Shown here piece after piece: positions 1 to 9,694 of a stretch of DNA of 64,000 nucleotides. Source of the stretch: Clostridia bacterium (GTDB taxonomy: Bacteria > Bacillota > Clostridia > Oscillospirales > CAG-272); the NCBI GenBank assembly GCA_017468385.1, contig JAFUIQ010000009.1, forward strand, positions 68,614-132,613, in the 5' to 3' direction. Position 1 is the stretch's first letter. The number at the start of each line of letters is the position of its first letter. The notes beneath the pieces were generated by a model. It was not told the DNA's origin, searched no databases, and saw nothing but the letters and a program-made list of their open reading frames with translations. The translations under genes were made by a program, and so were the position numbers.

Positions 1-1
1 G

Positions 2-1855
2 TATTGTCTGGATTGTGAGACGATGGTCAAAGAAAATATAACTTGTACCTTCGACGCGAACACCCATGCGTGCGTTTGCAACGCGGTGGAAACTTTCACA
101 GTTACCTATGTTTATAACGGCGGTAACTGGGGGGGAAGCACCGAGAATGAAGTACGTTCAATTCCGTACGGCTATGAGCTGATTCCGAACGATGGCAGTG
201 GCAGCATTGAGAATGGTCATACAACATGGGTCAGCGGTGTGCAGAAGACCGGATACACTTTTGTGGGCTGGAAGGCGGACACCAATGGCCAGGTTTACGA
301 TCCCACCACGGACACCTACACGGTAACCGGCAATGTGACGTTCACCGCACAGTGGGAGCTCATTCACGTTTGTGCGCTGACTCACGTTCCCGCTGCAGAG
401 GCAACTTGTACTACTGCCGGTCATAAGGCATACTATGTGTGCGAATGCACCAAGGCATACGAAGATGACGCTGCAACCGACCCGATCGAAGATCTGGCGG
501 CATGGAAATCAGCAGGCGGCGACGGTTACATCGCGCCTGACAGCACAAACCACGCCTCCGACAAGGTTAACTACACCAACAACGGCAAGAACCACTCTGC
601 AACGTATGACTGCTGCGGTGCCGTGTATGTAACAAATGAGGCACATACCTACACCAACCACGTCTGCGTCTGCGATGCTGTTGAGAGATTCGTACTGCTC
701 ATGGATGCGACTGGCGGTAAGTTCGGCAACGGCGATTCGCTGTATGCTATTAGTGCCGCGTATGGAGATCCCTTTAACGCAGTTCCTGACGATCCGACGA
801 AGGAAGGCTACAAGTTTGTTGGCTGGAACACTAAGGCTGACGGCACCGGCGATGATATCGATCTTACCCCCGGTAAATATGTTTTCAAGGCTGATCTGAC
901 TGTATATGCGCAGTGGGAAGTTGTCATTCACTCCGGTTGGAATGAGATTGATGGCGAGTGGTATTACTACCTCGACGAACAGACCAAGGCAACTGGCCTG
1001 ACCCGCGTTCCCTATCCTACCGTGGCGATCGATAATGTGACCTACGCACCCAATGCGGACGATCTGGCTTACTACAACAGCCACAAGGATACCTCCAAGT
1101 ACTCCGATGCAACGACCGCTGTGTTCTACTTCGATGAGAACGGCGTGTTCCAGAACGACTACACCGGTCCCGTTGCCAACGGCAGCAGCTACGCTGTCAA
1201 CGGCATGGCTCCTTGGCACGTTGGTATGGTGAAGATCGGTGAGGACTTCTACTACTTCTCCGGCGATAAGGAGAACGGCGGCAACGTGATGGTTACCGGC
1301 AAGGTTTATGCTACCCGCGACTGCGGTACCGGCCTGCGTGTTGGCTCCGGCGTGATCTATATCTTCGACGGAGAAGGCAAACTGGAGAAGAACCAGGGCA
1401 TCGTGGACGGTTACTACTACAACGATGACTACACTCTGGCTATCGGAGCCGGTCTGATTCAGATCGATACCGATTACTACTATGTACGCTCCAACGGCGT
1501 TGTTGTTGTGAACAGAGAGTACTGGGTTGCCAAGACCAACGATCTGGAAGTGGTTGCCGGCCTGTACACCTTCGATGCAGACGGTAAGATGGTAAATCCC
1601 CTGGAGTTCGATGGTGCCGAAGACGGTATTGTAGAGCTGAACGGTGATCTGTACTACATCAAGGACGGCAAGTGCGTAGTTGGTGCCGGCGTTGTGAAAC
1701 TGACCGACGCAGAAGGTGCAACCTTCTACATCTACGTGAAGTCCAGCGGAAAACTGGCTACCGGCAACTACTGGCCTACCAATCTGAACGGCCTGCTTAC
1801 TCCCGGTATGTACAACTGGGGTACGGACGGTAAGTACTACCCCGCAGCAAACTGA
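2..1855 (+). CDS. Cell-surface protein, 5'-truncated at the window edge. It has Cys/His-rich N-terminal modules, two Listeria-Bacteroides-type (Flg_new-like) repeats and C-terminal cell-wall-binding repeats.
   Basis: The frame is open from nt 2 (YCLDCET precedes the first Met at 23). Flg_new-like motifs: GYTFVGWKADTNG...VTFTAQWE and GYKFVGWNTKADGTG...LTVYAQWE. Aromatic repeats (GWNEIDGEWYYYLDEQT, IGEDFYYFSGD, DTDYYYVRSNG, NGDLYYIKDG) are typical of choline/cell-wall-binding repeats. Confidence 0.75.
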   Translation, partial: YCLDCETMVKENITCTFDANTHACVCNAVETFTVTYVYNGGNWGGSTENEVRSIPYGYELIPNDGSGSIENGHTTWVSGVQKTGYTFVGWKADTNGQVYDPTTDTYTVTGNVTFTAQWELIHVCALTHVPAAEATCTTAGHKAYYVCECTKAYEDDAATDPIEDLAAWKSAGGDGYIAPDSTNHASDKVNYTNNGKNHSATYDCCGAVYVTNEAHTYTNHVCVCDAVERFVLLMDATGGKFGNGDSLYAISAAYGDPFNAVPDDPTKEGYKFVGWNTKADGTGDDIDLTPGKYVFKADLTVYAQWEVVIHSGWNEIDGEWYYYLDEQTKATGLTRVPYPTVAIDNVTYAPNADDLAYYNSHKDTSKYSDATTAVFYFDENGVFQNDYTGPVANGSSYAVNGMAPWHVGMVKIGEDFYYFSGDKENGGNVMVTGKVYATRDCGTGLRVGSGVIYIFDGEGKLEKNQGIVDGYYYNDDYTLAIGAGLIQIDTDYYYVRSNGVVVVNREYWVAKTNDLEVVAGLYTFDADGKMVNPLEFDGAEDGIVELNGDLYYIKDGKCVVGAGVVKLTDAEGATFYIYVKSSGKLATGNYWPTNLNGLLTPGMYNWGTDGKYYPAAN

Positions 1856-1868
1856 TTCGATGTTCTTG

Positions 1869-1898
1869 TTGCTGCCAAGCCCCCGGGCTTGGCAGCAA
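1869..1898 (+). terminator. GC-rich hairpin after the surface protein gene
   Basis: ttgctgccaagcc / ggcttggcagcaa inverted repeat. The downstream T-tract is weak. Confidence 0.45.
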
Positions 1899-1924
1899 TA
1901 AGATTATTTTCTTCGAAACATAGC

Positions 1925-1965
1925 AGAATACAGACAATATACATTGTCTGTATTCTATTGTTTTT
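1925..1965 (+). terminator. Rho-independent terminator
   Basis: Perfect 14-bp stem agaatacagacaat / attgtctgtattct followed by attgttttt. Confidence 0.7.
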
Positions 1966-1993
1966 CGGATAGACAAAATGATAGGAGAAGGCA

Positions 1994-3109
1994 ATGAAAG
2001 TCGGAATACTTACCTTTCCCAATTCAACCAGTTATGGCGCTGCTTTGCAGATGTATGCCCTGTATCATACAGTGAAGAAACTCGGCCACGATGCGGAGAT
2101 TATCAACTATCACAATCCCTATATGAAAGCGGGCAAGCATATGACCAAAGCCTACGCCAAGCGCAGTTTGCGGGATAGGGTACGCTTCCGGGCACGGGCG
2201 GTTCTGCATAGACGGCTGGAGAAAAATTTCCGCGATTTTGAAAAACAGAATACGAAGCTGTTTCCGGCGCGGCCGATCACGCATAAGGCCCAACTGTCCT
2301 TGGCGGATACGCGGTACGACGCGATCATCTGCGGAAGCGATCAGGTGTGGAATCCCCGCATTACGGATTCGGACTTGAGTTATTTCCTGGATTTTTGCTC
2401 AGAGAATACCAAGCGCATTGCGTATGCGCCCAGCTTTGGGGTGGACAGCCTGGACGATGCCTTTGCGTCGTCTGTTGCCGGGGAATTGCATCGATTTGCG
2501 GCGCTGTCGGTCCGGGAGCGCGCCGGACAGATTCTGGCGGAGGAAATGACCGGTCGGTCTGTGCCGATTGTGGCGGATCCGTCTATGCTGCTGGATGCGG
2601 GCGAGTGGTCCGGGCAGGAGCAGGAGCATCCCATGGGACGCGGGAAGTATATTTTGTATTATACGGTCAGAACTTCCCCCAGCCTGTTCTCCTACTGCCG
2701 CGTTCTTTCGGAGAAAACCGGGCTGAAGATCGTGGTGATCGGTGGAAATCCACTCAAAAAAATGCGGAATCGGGATCCGAGAGTGCAGTACGCTGTGGAT
2801 GTATCCCCGGCCGAGTGGCTGTATCTGATCCATCATGCGCAGTATGTGGTGACCAATTCGTTCCATGGGACGGCGTTTTCCATCATCTATCGGAAGAATT
2901 TCTATGTGGAGTTCTCCTCGGATACCAATTCGCGGCTGACTCATATCACAGAAATGCTGGGCTTACAGGATCGCGTTGTGAAAAACGGTATGTGCGACGA
3001 CGGTTCTCCCTGTGATTATTCCATGGCCGAGGACAAGCTCCCCGCGCTTTGCGCAGAGTCCATGCGCTATCTGGAAAATGCTCTGCGAGAGGAAGTGAGC
3101 CATGGATAA
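1994..3109 (+). CDS. Polysaccharide pyruvyl transferase family protein
   Basis: N-terminus MKVGILTFPNSTSYGAALQMYAL and the GSDQVWNP motif are typical of the PS_pyruv_trans family. AGGAGAAGG SD precedes the ATG. Confidence 0.85.
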   Translation: MKVGILTFPNSTSYGAALQMYALYHTVKKLGHDAEIINYHNPYMKAGKHMTKAYAKRSLRDRVRFRARAVLHRRLEKNFRDFEKQNTKLFPARPITHKAQLSLADTRYDAIICGSDQVWNPRITDSDLSYFLDFCSENTKRIAYAPSFGVDSLDDAFASSVAGELHRFAALSVRERAGQILAEEMTGRSVPIVADPSMLLDAGEWSGQEQEHPMGRGKYILYYTVRTSPSLFSYCRVLSEKTGLKIVVIGGNPLKKMRNRDPRVQYAVDVSPAEWLYLIHHAQYVVTNSFHGTAFSIIYRKNFYVEFSSDTNSRLTHITEMLGLQDRVVKNGMCDDGSPCDYSMAEDKLPALCAESMRYLENALREEVSHG

Positions 3110-5600
3110 ACGAATACAAAGGGCGAAAATCAACGCGGGATCCACTTTGCTCAGCCAGCTCGTCACTACGGCGGTCGGTGTGGTCATCCCGTGGATGATG
3201 ATCGGCCGATTTGGCTCGGAGGCATACGGCGCTACCACGTCCATCGCTCAGTTCTTGGCCTATATTGCGCTGTTTGAAGGCGGCATAGGCCGTGTGGCCA
3301 GAGGGGCGCTGTACGGACCTCTGGCGGCTGGCGATGAGGGGGAAATCAGCCGTATTTATCTGGCGGTAAAGCGATTCTTCTCCATCATCGGCGCGGCATT
3401 TTTGGGATATACGCTGCTCTTGGCGTTCTTTTATTATGACATCGCCGAGGTGACCGCTTTTTCGCGGGAGTATGTGTTTGGCCTTGTGATCGTCATCGCG
3501 ATCAGCAAATTCGCCGAATACATGTGGGGCATTTCCAACATCACCCTTTTCAACGCGGATCAGCGGCAATACGTGGTCAATTCGGTGACTATCCTGTCCA
3601 ATGTTCTGAATGTGATTGCGATTTCGCTTCTGATTTCATTCGGTGCGGATATCCTTTGGGTAAAACTGGCCAGCAGTCTGGTTTTCATTTTGAAGCCGGT
3701 CATATTTACCCTGTACCTGAAAACCCATTATTCCATCAAAAAATCCAAAACACGGGCGGTGCTGGCGAACAAAGCCACCGGTATTGCCCAGCATATGGCG
3801 TATGTGGTTCAAAATAATACGGATGTTCTGATCCTGACGGTGCTGGCCGATCTGAAAATGGTGGCGGTGTACTCCATCTATCATATGATTACCTTCAGCA
3901 TCCGGAACATCGTAACGTCCTTCACCGGCGGCATGGAAGCGGTCCTGGGCGAGATGATTGCCAAAGGGGAAGAGAAGGCGCTGTGGGCGGCGTACAAGCG
4001 GTACAAAATGCTGCTGAGCATCCTGGTCATTGCCTTTTTCGGTGCTACCGCCATCCTGATTGTGCCGTTTGTGAAGCTGTACACGTTCGGTGTGGCAGAC
4101 GTGGAGTATGCCCGTCCGGTATTTGCCATCCTGATCGTAATGGCGGAGGCCATGAATTGCCTGGTGCTGCCTTGCTTCAATCTGACCATTGCGGCCAACA
4201 AATTGAAAGAAAGCCAGATGGGCGCCTACAGCGAAGCCGCCATCAACGTGATTGTTTCCGTCGCGCTGGTGTTCTGGGATCCGCTGATCGGTGTTGCCTT
4301 GGGAACATTGGTGTCTACACTGGTGAAGTGCATTTTTTACATTGTTTTTTCCGGCAAGCATATTCTGCGGGCCAATGTGTCCCGTATGCTGCTCCGTTTC
4401 GCCGGCGTGATGGGTATTTTGCTGGGCGTTTCTGTCCTCGGAATCATAGGGATTCAGTACGTACCGGTGTACAACTACTGGAGATGGATCCCGGCCGGCT
4501 TCTGCACCTTTTTGATCACCCTGACACTCGGTGCGCTGTCCGGCTGCCTTCTGTATCCGGATATGGCACGGAAGATATCCCTGTTCCGCCGTAAGACGGA
4601 TGGTGGAATCAACCGGAGTGAAATGGCGGATGCAAAGGCGAGCGGCATGTATGAGCCGTACAGCGGCCATGATATTGCGGCCTATGCGGGATACGTAAAC
4701 GACCGCCGGGAACTGATGGAATGTTCCTCCGGTGGAGTGGCCACGGCATTGGCCCGAGCGGTGATCCGCCGAGGCGGATATGTGGCCGGTGTGAGATACA
4801 GCCGCGATTTTATGGAAGCCGAGTATGAGATCATCCATCGGGAAGAGGACATTCCCCGCTTCCGCGGCTCCAAGTATGTGGATGTCCGCAAGGGCAGCGT
4901 GTACAAGGATGTGCAGGCACTTCTGGACGCCGGAGAAACCGTGCTGTTCTTTGGATTGCCCTGCGTGGTGGCGGCCCTTCGTTCCTTTTTGGGACGGGAG
5001 TATGACCGTTTGATCGCGGTGGAACTCATATGCCACGGGCCCACGCTGCCTAAGGTGCATCGCCAGTATGTGGAATATTTGCAGAAGAAATATAACAGCC
5101 GCGTGGTGGACTTTTCCGTAAAGAAAAAGATGGACGCGTGGACACCGGGCTATCTTTATGCGGAATTTGAGAACGGACAGATCTTCCGGGAAGAGTTCTA
5201 TCACACCGAGTACGGATATGCGTTCAGCGTGCTGGCCAAAAAAGCGTGCTGCACCTGTTCCTTCCGCGGCAACAACCGCACCGGCGATCTGATGATCGGC
5301 GATTTCTGGGGCGCTGTGGAGGGGGATGCCTTCTGGAACAAAGACGGCGTGTCCTCTGTTCTGGTCCATACCGAGAAGGGAAGAGATTTGCTGTTGGCAG
5401 CGGAAGGGCTGCAGTTGTATCCGACCACCTTTGAGCGGATTGTCGAAAAGAATCCGAATGTGATCCACCCCCGCCGTGCCCGGCCGGAAACGGCGAAGTT
5501 TGAAAAACTCCTGGCAGAACATGATTTGTTCTATGCAGTCAAGCATTCCAAACGGTTAAAAACGCGACTGAAAGCGTTTGTGAAAACACTGCTGAAGTGA
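3102..5600 (+). CDS. Fusion protein: N-terminal multi-TM Wzx/MOP-type polysaccharide flippase-like domain (about aa 1-490) plus C-terminal FrhB/FdhB-like (coenzyme F420 hydrogenase beta-type) domain (about aa 520-832)
   Basis: About 12 hydrophobic segments lie in the first 490 aa. The C-terminal motifs CSSGGVATALA, FFGLPCVVAAL, ELICHGPT and CCTCSFRGNNRTGDLMIGDFWG are characteristic of FrhB_FdhB N/C domains. The start overlaps the upstream stop by 8 nt. Confidence 0.8.
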   Translation: MDKRIQRAKINAGSTLLSQLVTTAVGVVIPWMMIGRFGSEAYGATTSIAQFLAYIALFEGGIGRVARGALYGPLAAGDEGEISRIYLAVKRFFSIIGAAFLGYTLLLAFFYYDIAEVTAFSREYVFGLVIVIAISKFAEYMWGISNITLFNADQRQYVVNSVTILSNVLNVIAISLLISFGADILWVKLASSLVFILKPVIFTLYLKTHYSIKKSKTRAVLANKATGIAQHMAYVVQNNTDVLILTVLADLKMVAVYSIYHMITFSIRNIVTSFTGGMEAVLGEMIAKGEEKALWAAYKRYKMLLSILVIAFFGATAILIVPFVKLYTFGVADVEYARPVFAILIVMAEAMNCLVLPCFNLTIAANKLKESQMGAYSEAAINVIVSVALVFWDPLIGVALGTLVSTLVKCIFYIVFSGKHILRANVSRMLLRFAGVMGILLGVSVLGIIGIQYVPVYNYWRWIPAGFCTFLITLTLGALSGCLLYPDMARKISLFRRKTDGGINRSEMADAKASGMYEPYSGHDIAAYAGYVNDRRELMECSSGGVATALARAVIRRGGYVAGVRYSRDFMEAEYEIIHREEDIPRFRGSKYVDVRKGSVYKDVQALLDAGETVLFFGLPCVVAALRSFLGREYDRLIAVELICHGPTLPKVHRQYVEYLQKKYNSRVVDFSVKKKMDAWTPGYLYAEFENGQIFREEFYHTEYGYAFSVLAKKACCTCSFRGNNRTGDLMIGDFWGAVEGDAFWNKDGVSSVLVHTEKGRDLLLAAEGLQLYPTTFERIVEKNPNVIHPRRARPETAKFEKLLAEHDLFYAVKHSKRLKTRLKAFVKTLLK

Positions 5601-5614
5601 TTGCAGGCAAAACA

Positions 5615-5653
5615 AAAACTCCCCCTATGGGCAAAGCCCATAGGGGGAGTTTT
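5615..5653. terminator. Bidirectional terminator between convergent genes
   Basis: 17-bp stem aaaactccccctatggg / cccatagggggagtttt with an A-run and a T-run on either side. Confidence 0.75.
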
Positions 5654-5672
5654 ATGTATGAAGTATAGGCAA

Positions 5673-6206
5673 TCAGTAGTTTTCCTTGCGTACTTCGAAG
5701 AAGCTCTGGGGATGTACACATACGGGGCATACGCCGGGAGCCTTCTTGCCGATTACCAAATGTCCGCAGTTGCGGCATTCCCACATGGTCTCCTCCGCCT
5801 TCTCAAATACCTTCTGCATCTCAACGTTGTTCAGAAGAGCGCGATATCTCTCCTCGTGAGACTTCTCGATAGCGGCAACCATGCGGAAACGGGCAGCGAT
5901 GGCCTTAAATCCCTCTTCCTCTGCTTCCTTAGCGAAGGTGGCGTACATATCGGTCCACTCGTAGTTCTCGCCTTCAGCAGCAGCCTTCAGGTTGGCAGCG
6001 GTGTCGCCTAGCTCGCCCAGTTCCTTGAACCACATCTTTGCGTGTTCTTTTTCGTTGTTGGCGGTTGTTTCGAAGATGGCAGCGATCTGCTCAAAACCTT
6101 CTTTTCTTGCTACGGATGCAAAGTAGGTGTACTTATTTCTTGCCTGAGATTCGCCTGCAAATGCGGCCTGAAGATTTTTTTCGGTCTTGCTTCCCTTGAG
6201 TTCCAT
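5673..6206 (-). CDS. rbr: Rubrerythrin
   Basis: Diiron four-helix motifs ([39 protein letters not shown]) plus a C-terminal rubredoxin-like CRNCG...CPVC. Confidence 0.93.
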   Translation of the reverse strand: MELKGSKTEKNLQAAFAGESQARNKYTYFASVARKEGFEQIAAIFETTANNEKEHAKMWFKELGELGDTAANLKAAAEGENYEWTDMYATFAKEAEEEGFKAIAARFRMVAAIEKSHEERYRALLNNVEMQKVFEKAEETMWECRNCGHLVIGKKAPGVCPVCVHPQSFFEVRKENY

Positions 6207-6239
6207 GTGTAGATCTCCTTTAAGTAATAATTTTTAATC

Positions 6240-6617
6240 TTATATGTTTGCCGCAGAAGCGCGGCACTTGGGACAGAGGTGATGCAGTGTCAGATCATAG
6301 GAGTCAATATTCTCCCCGGCATGATCGTGGAGGAATTGGTCAATTCCTTCGATGCGGATATCGCGGATCGCGCCGCAGGCAGAGCATACCATATGATCGT
6401 GGGGGACCAGCATCTTGTCGTATCGATCCGGCTGATCCGCAAAGGTGAGACGGGAGATGATCCCGTTATCGCTGAGATATTTCAGACTGTTGTACACGGT
6501 AGCGAGTGCAATGGTGGGCATCTGCTCTCTTGCGGCCAGATAGATCTCCTCCGCGCTCAGATGAGCATCGCTTCCGCGGACAATGGACAGAATCAGTTCG
6601 CGCTGCTTTGTCATCAT
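6240..6617 (-). CDS. Fur family transcriptional regulator (PerR-like), upstream of and co-oriented with rbr
   Basis: Winged-helix region ATVYNSLKYL, HDHMVC...CxxC (CSACG, CPKC) metal sites, and 34 nt of spacing to rbr. Confidence 0.85.
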   Translation of the reverse strand: MMTKQRELILSIVRGSDAHLSAEEIYLAAREQMPTIALATVYNSLKYLSDNGIISRLTFADQPDRYDKMLVPHDHMVCSACGAIRDIRIEGIDQFLHDHAGENIDSYDLTLHHLCPKCRASAANI

Positions 6618-6627
6618 GCACTCCTTT

Positions 6628-6648
6628 TTAGAATTGGAATAATTCTAA
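6628..6648. promoter_or_regulatory. Candidate Fur/PerR operator (inverted repeat) upstream of the regulator gene
   Basis: TTAGAATT-ggaat-AATTCTAA is a perfect 8-bp inverted repeat just upstream of the start codon. A related half-palindrome, ttagaataattc, lies at 6688-6699. Confidence 0.5.
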
Positions 6649-6711
6649 ATATATTATACACAGAGCAAAGCGCATTGTCAATAGTTTTTAGAATAATTCA
6701 AAAAAATATTT

Positions 6712-9516
6712 TTACGTTTCTGGTAGAGCGGTGCAGGGATCGGGCAGATAGGCCTCGGCCAGAATCCGATCGGACAGATCGAGATACACGGGCCGTTCTT
6801 CCTCCTCGGCGATGTAGCGAATCAGGGGAGAGAGGGCACGGCGGGCAGTTTCCAGATCCTTCAGCGGCGCGTTCTCCAATTCACCGTTGAACAGAATGCG
6901 ATGGATGTATTTCTTCTGCCGCTGGATTTTTTCAATAGAACCCAGCCGGGACAGCATCCGCACCCGACGGGTGAGGATGTCTTCCAGATCCTTGGTGTCC
7001 CCGCGCTCGGCCCGTGCCAGCATCAGCGTAAGCATCTGCTCGTCAAACAGCGCGGCGGCGGGAAGAGTGCCGTCCGGCAGCATCAGCGGTGCGATCTCCT
7101 GGCACAGGATCGTCATATCCCGGGGCGAGAGGGCTTCCATGGCCTCTGCCGTGCGGAAACGATCCACCGCACTCAGATGCCGGCGCACCGCAAAGCTTTC
7201 CCGATCCAATTCTCCGATCCGCCGAACCACATCCCGCACCAGTGTCTCGCGAAGCGGCGCGTCTGCCGCGTGATTCAGCCCCTGCAGGGCGGCAATCAGA
7301 TGCACTTTCCGCATAAACAGACGGATATGAATCGGCGGTACTTCCGCCGCGTCCGGGGAATCCCCGTAACAGAAAGCAGCGAAATTTCCGCACATGTCCA
7401 GCACGTGGAAGAATTCCTTCTCCGGGGCCCGCCGCATACCGCGGCCCAGCATCCGCCAGAATTTGGTGCGGGACGGCGCACGGGTGAAAAACACCAGATT
7501 TTCCACGCAGGGGATGTTCACGCCATCCGTCAGAAGATCGTGGGAGATGGCGATCTGGGGCATGGCGGCGGGATCGGCAAAATCCTCCACCAGCGAACGG
7601 GCGTAATTGGTGTCGGAATCGATGACGCGGCAGAAATGGGGCGGGGTGTCGGGGAACAGCTTGCTCCACATTTCGTAGATCATCTCCGAGTGGGCATGAT
7701 TCTTCGTGAATACAATGGTTTTGGCCAGCATCCCGGTCGTGGGATCCCGTCGGCCGCTGTCATGCAGAAGCGACAGCACCTTTTTCACCGTGTCTTCATT
7801 ATAATATTTGATAAACATATCTGCCGGGCGGATCACCGCCGGGACGTCCTCCGGGGCCGGGAAATGGCCGAGCAGTTCCCGCCGGTCGGCGGCGGACAGT
7901 GTATCCGTGATAAATCCCTCCGCGAAGGAGGTGAGATCCACCGCATGGGCCTCACAGGAGGCCAGCCATCCCTGGGCTACCGCGTCCCGCAAAGGAAAGG
8001 AGAACACAGGACGGCAGGAGACCGTGTCCAGAATATCGCACAAGGCGGGATCGATCTCTTCCTCCGGAACAGAGGTGAGCATCAGGCGGGGCGCATGGAA
8101 GGCGGCAAATACGGTTTCGTATTTCCGGGCCAGCGCTCCATCGGTTTCGTCGCAGATCACCAGATCGAAATGGCCCGCACTCAACAGGTGAATGCCATTC
8201 TCGTCGTGCAGATCGTCCGCTTCCGCCAGAACATCCTCAAAGGTGGCAAATACTACGCTGCTGTCGCCCGCCTTCGGCAGATTGGTGAGGGAGAGGGCGT
8301 CAATTCCACTGAGGGCGGCACATTCCGCCTGGGCCTGATCCGCGAGAAGATCGCTCTCCGTCAGAAACAGGATGTTCTTCGCCTGCCCGCATCGGATCAG
8401 CACCTCCGCTGCCGCCAGGGCGGTGAGGGTCTTGCCCGTGCCGGGGGCCATGGACAGAAATACATTCCGCTCCCGGCGGGTGCAGATGGCCTCGGTCACA
8501 GCGCGCACCGCATCCTTCTGATAGGGACGGTCGGCGATGCAGGAGAGGATGTCCTCCTCCCGGGGGATTCGTGCCGATCGGGCCATTGCCTCCACCCGCG
8601 CCAGATCCGATGGGGAATAGAATCCGCTGATGCGTGCCTCGGGGAGTTTGTCATCGAACCATACCCGCGTGTCAAATCCGTTGGTGAGGAAAATCACGGG
8701 GCGCACGCCGAAGCGGCGCTGCAGTCCGTCGGCATACAACTTTGCCTGCTGGCGGCCGATGGCGGGATCCGTTTCCGCGGACTGCGCCTCCACCAGAGCG
8801 ATGGGCGTTCCGCGATTATCGCACAGGACATAATCCGCATAGCCGACGCCGTTTTCCCCGGGCATCCCATCCACGCGGAATTCGCTGAAGCAGTCCGCGC
8901 CCATTTTCCAGCCCGCGTGAGCCAGGGCGGTTTCGATATACAACCGGCGGGTGTCCGCCTCGGAGAGCGGAGCGCGCTTCTTCGGCTCGGTATCTTTTTC
9001 GCGGGTGTTCAGAATCCGCTTCATCGTCCGGTTTTCCCGGATCAGTCGGCGGATGTCCGCGCTGTCCACCGCTTCCGTTACCAACTCCGCCTCGGGATCC
9101 AGAAGGGACAGATCGTATTCCTGCGAATGACGGCGGGAGCCGTACCGCTCCATCACAAAACAAGCCAAAGCATATAGGGAGCGCAGAGCCAGCTCGGCCT
9201 GCTCCCGGGTTACCGATTCCGGATTGTGGGCGGCGTTGTTGCCGGTCCGGCGGATATAATCCAGGGCGCGGCTCAACTCATGTCCCACCAGGGTGCGGAA
9301 CACGGTGGCACCGATCAGATTGGCCAGCTGATCCCGCCGGGGCTCGGGCAGGGCAGAGTCGGCGGCATACATCCATTTGACGGCCAGCTCCGCCGCACGG
9401 CGTACATTGACCACGCAGGCTGCCGTGTCAATGGCGTATATCTTTTCCGCCGCGGCACAGGCACCGGCGAAGGAGGAAAACTCCCCCCGGCTATACAAAA
9501 AATCGAAGTTGGTCAT
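6712..9516 (-). CDS. Orphan type I restriction HsdR-like / SF2 helicase with an N-terminal DUF4145-like domain
   Basis: DUF4145-like helical N-terminus (MTNFDFLYSRGEF...GNNAAHN). HsdR_N PD-(D/E)xK-type module (GYADYVL...LVEAQS...QQAKLYAD). Helicase motif I APGTGKT and motif II VICDETD. C-terminal EcoEI_R_C-like region. I moved the start to ATG 9516 (GGGGAGA SD) instead of the track start at 9621. Confidence 0.8.
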   Translation of the reverse strand: MTNFDFLYSRGEFSSFAGACAAAEKIYAIDTAACVVNVRRAAELAVKWMYAADSALPEPRRDQLANLIGATVFRTLVGHELSRALDYIRRTGNNAAHNPESVTREQAELALRSLYALACFVMERYGSRRHSQEYDLSLLDPEAELVTEAVDSADIRRLIRENRTMKRILNTREKDTEPKKRAPLSEADTRRLYIETALAHAGWKMGADCFSEFRVDGMPGENGVGYADYVLCDNRGTPIALVEAQSAETDPAIGRQQAKLYADGLQRRFGVRPVIFLTNGFDTRVWFDDKLPEARISGFYSPSDLARVEAMARSARIPREEDILSCIADRPYQKDAVRAVTEAICTRRERNVFLSMAPGTGKTLTALAAAEVLIRCGQAKNILFLTESDLLADQAQAECAALSGIDALSLTNLPKAGDSSVVFATFEDVLAEADDLHDENGIHLLSAGHFDLVICDETDGALARKYETVFAAFHAPRLMLTSVPEEEIDPALCDILDTVSCRPVFSFPLRDAVAQGWLASCEAHAVDLTSFAEGFITDTLSAADRRELLGHFPAPEDVPAVIRPADMFIKYYNEDTVKKVLSLLHDSGRRDPTTGMLAKTIVFTKNHAHSEMIYEMWSKLFPDTPPHFCRVIDSDTNYARSLVEDFADPAAMPQIAISHDLLTDGVNIPCVENLVFFTRAPSRTKFWRMLGRGMRRAPEKEFFHVLDMCGNFAAFCYGDSPDAAEVPPIHIRLFMRKVHLIAALQGLNHAADAPLRETLVRDVVRRIGELDRESFAVRRHLSAVDRFRTAEAMEALSPRDMTILCQEIAPLMLPDGTLPAAALFDEQMLTLMLARAERGDTKDLEDILTRRVRMLSRLGSIEKIQRQKKYIHRILFNGELENAPLKDLETARRALSPLIRYIAEEEERPVYLDLSDRILAEAYLPDPCTALPET

Positions 9517-9615
9517 GTCATCTCCCCGTTCTTCCGCTCGGTTACTACCACCATTATATAATATTCCCGTGATAAAATCCACTATATTTTTTAAATATTG
9601 TTTTACGCTGTATTC

Positions 9616-9644
9616 TTGCAATGTGAGGCCGCATGTGATATAAT
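9616..9644 (+). promoter_or_regulatory. Sigma-A-type promoter for the MutS-domain gene
   Basis: TTGCAA - 17 nt - TATAAT. Confidence 0.5.
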
Positions 9645-9694
9645 TCTTTATATTATACTCTTGGGACGGATAATCCCGGGTGAAAGAGGTAAGT

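Noticed and set aside
3636-5546. Long antisense ORFs opposite well-supported genes. Examples: 3636-5546(-), 6901-9177(+), 10088-11104(-), 22084-23487(-), 28140-29516(+), 40379-41677(+), 46213-47946(+), 51017-52645(-), 52747-54120(-), 55357-56394(+), 56470-57900(+).
   Set aside because: Each one mirrors a gene with strong motif evidence on the other strand. They lack SD sequences and sensible starts, and their composition is that of shadow ORFs.
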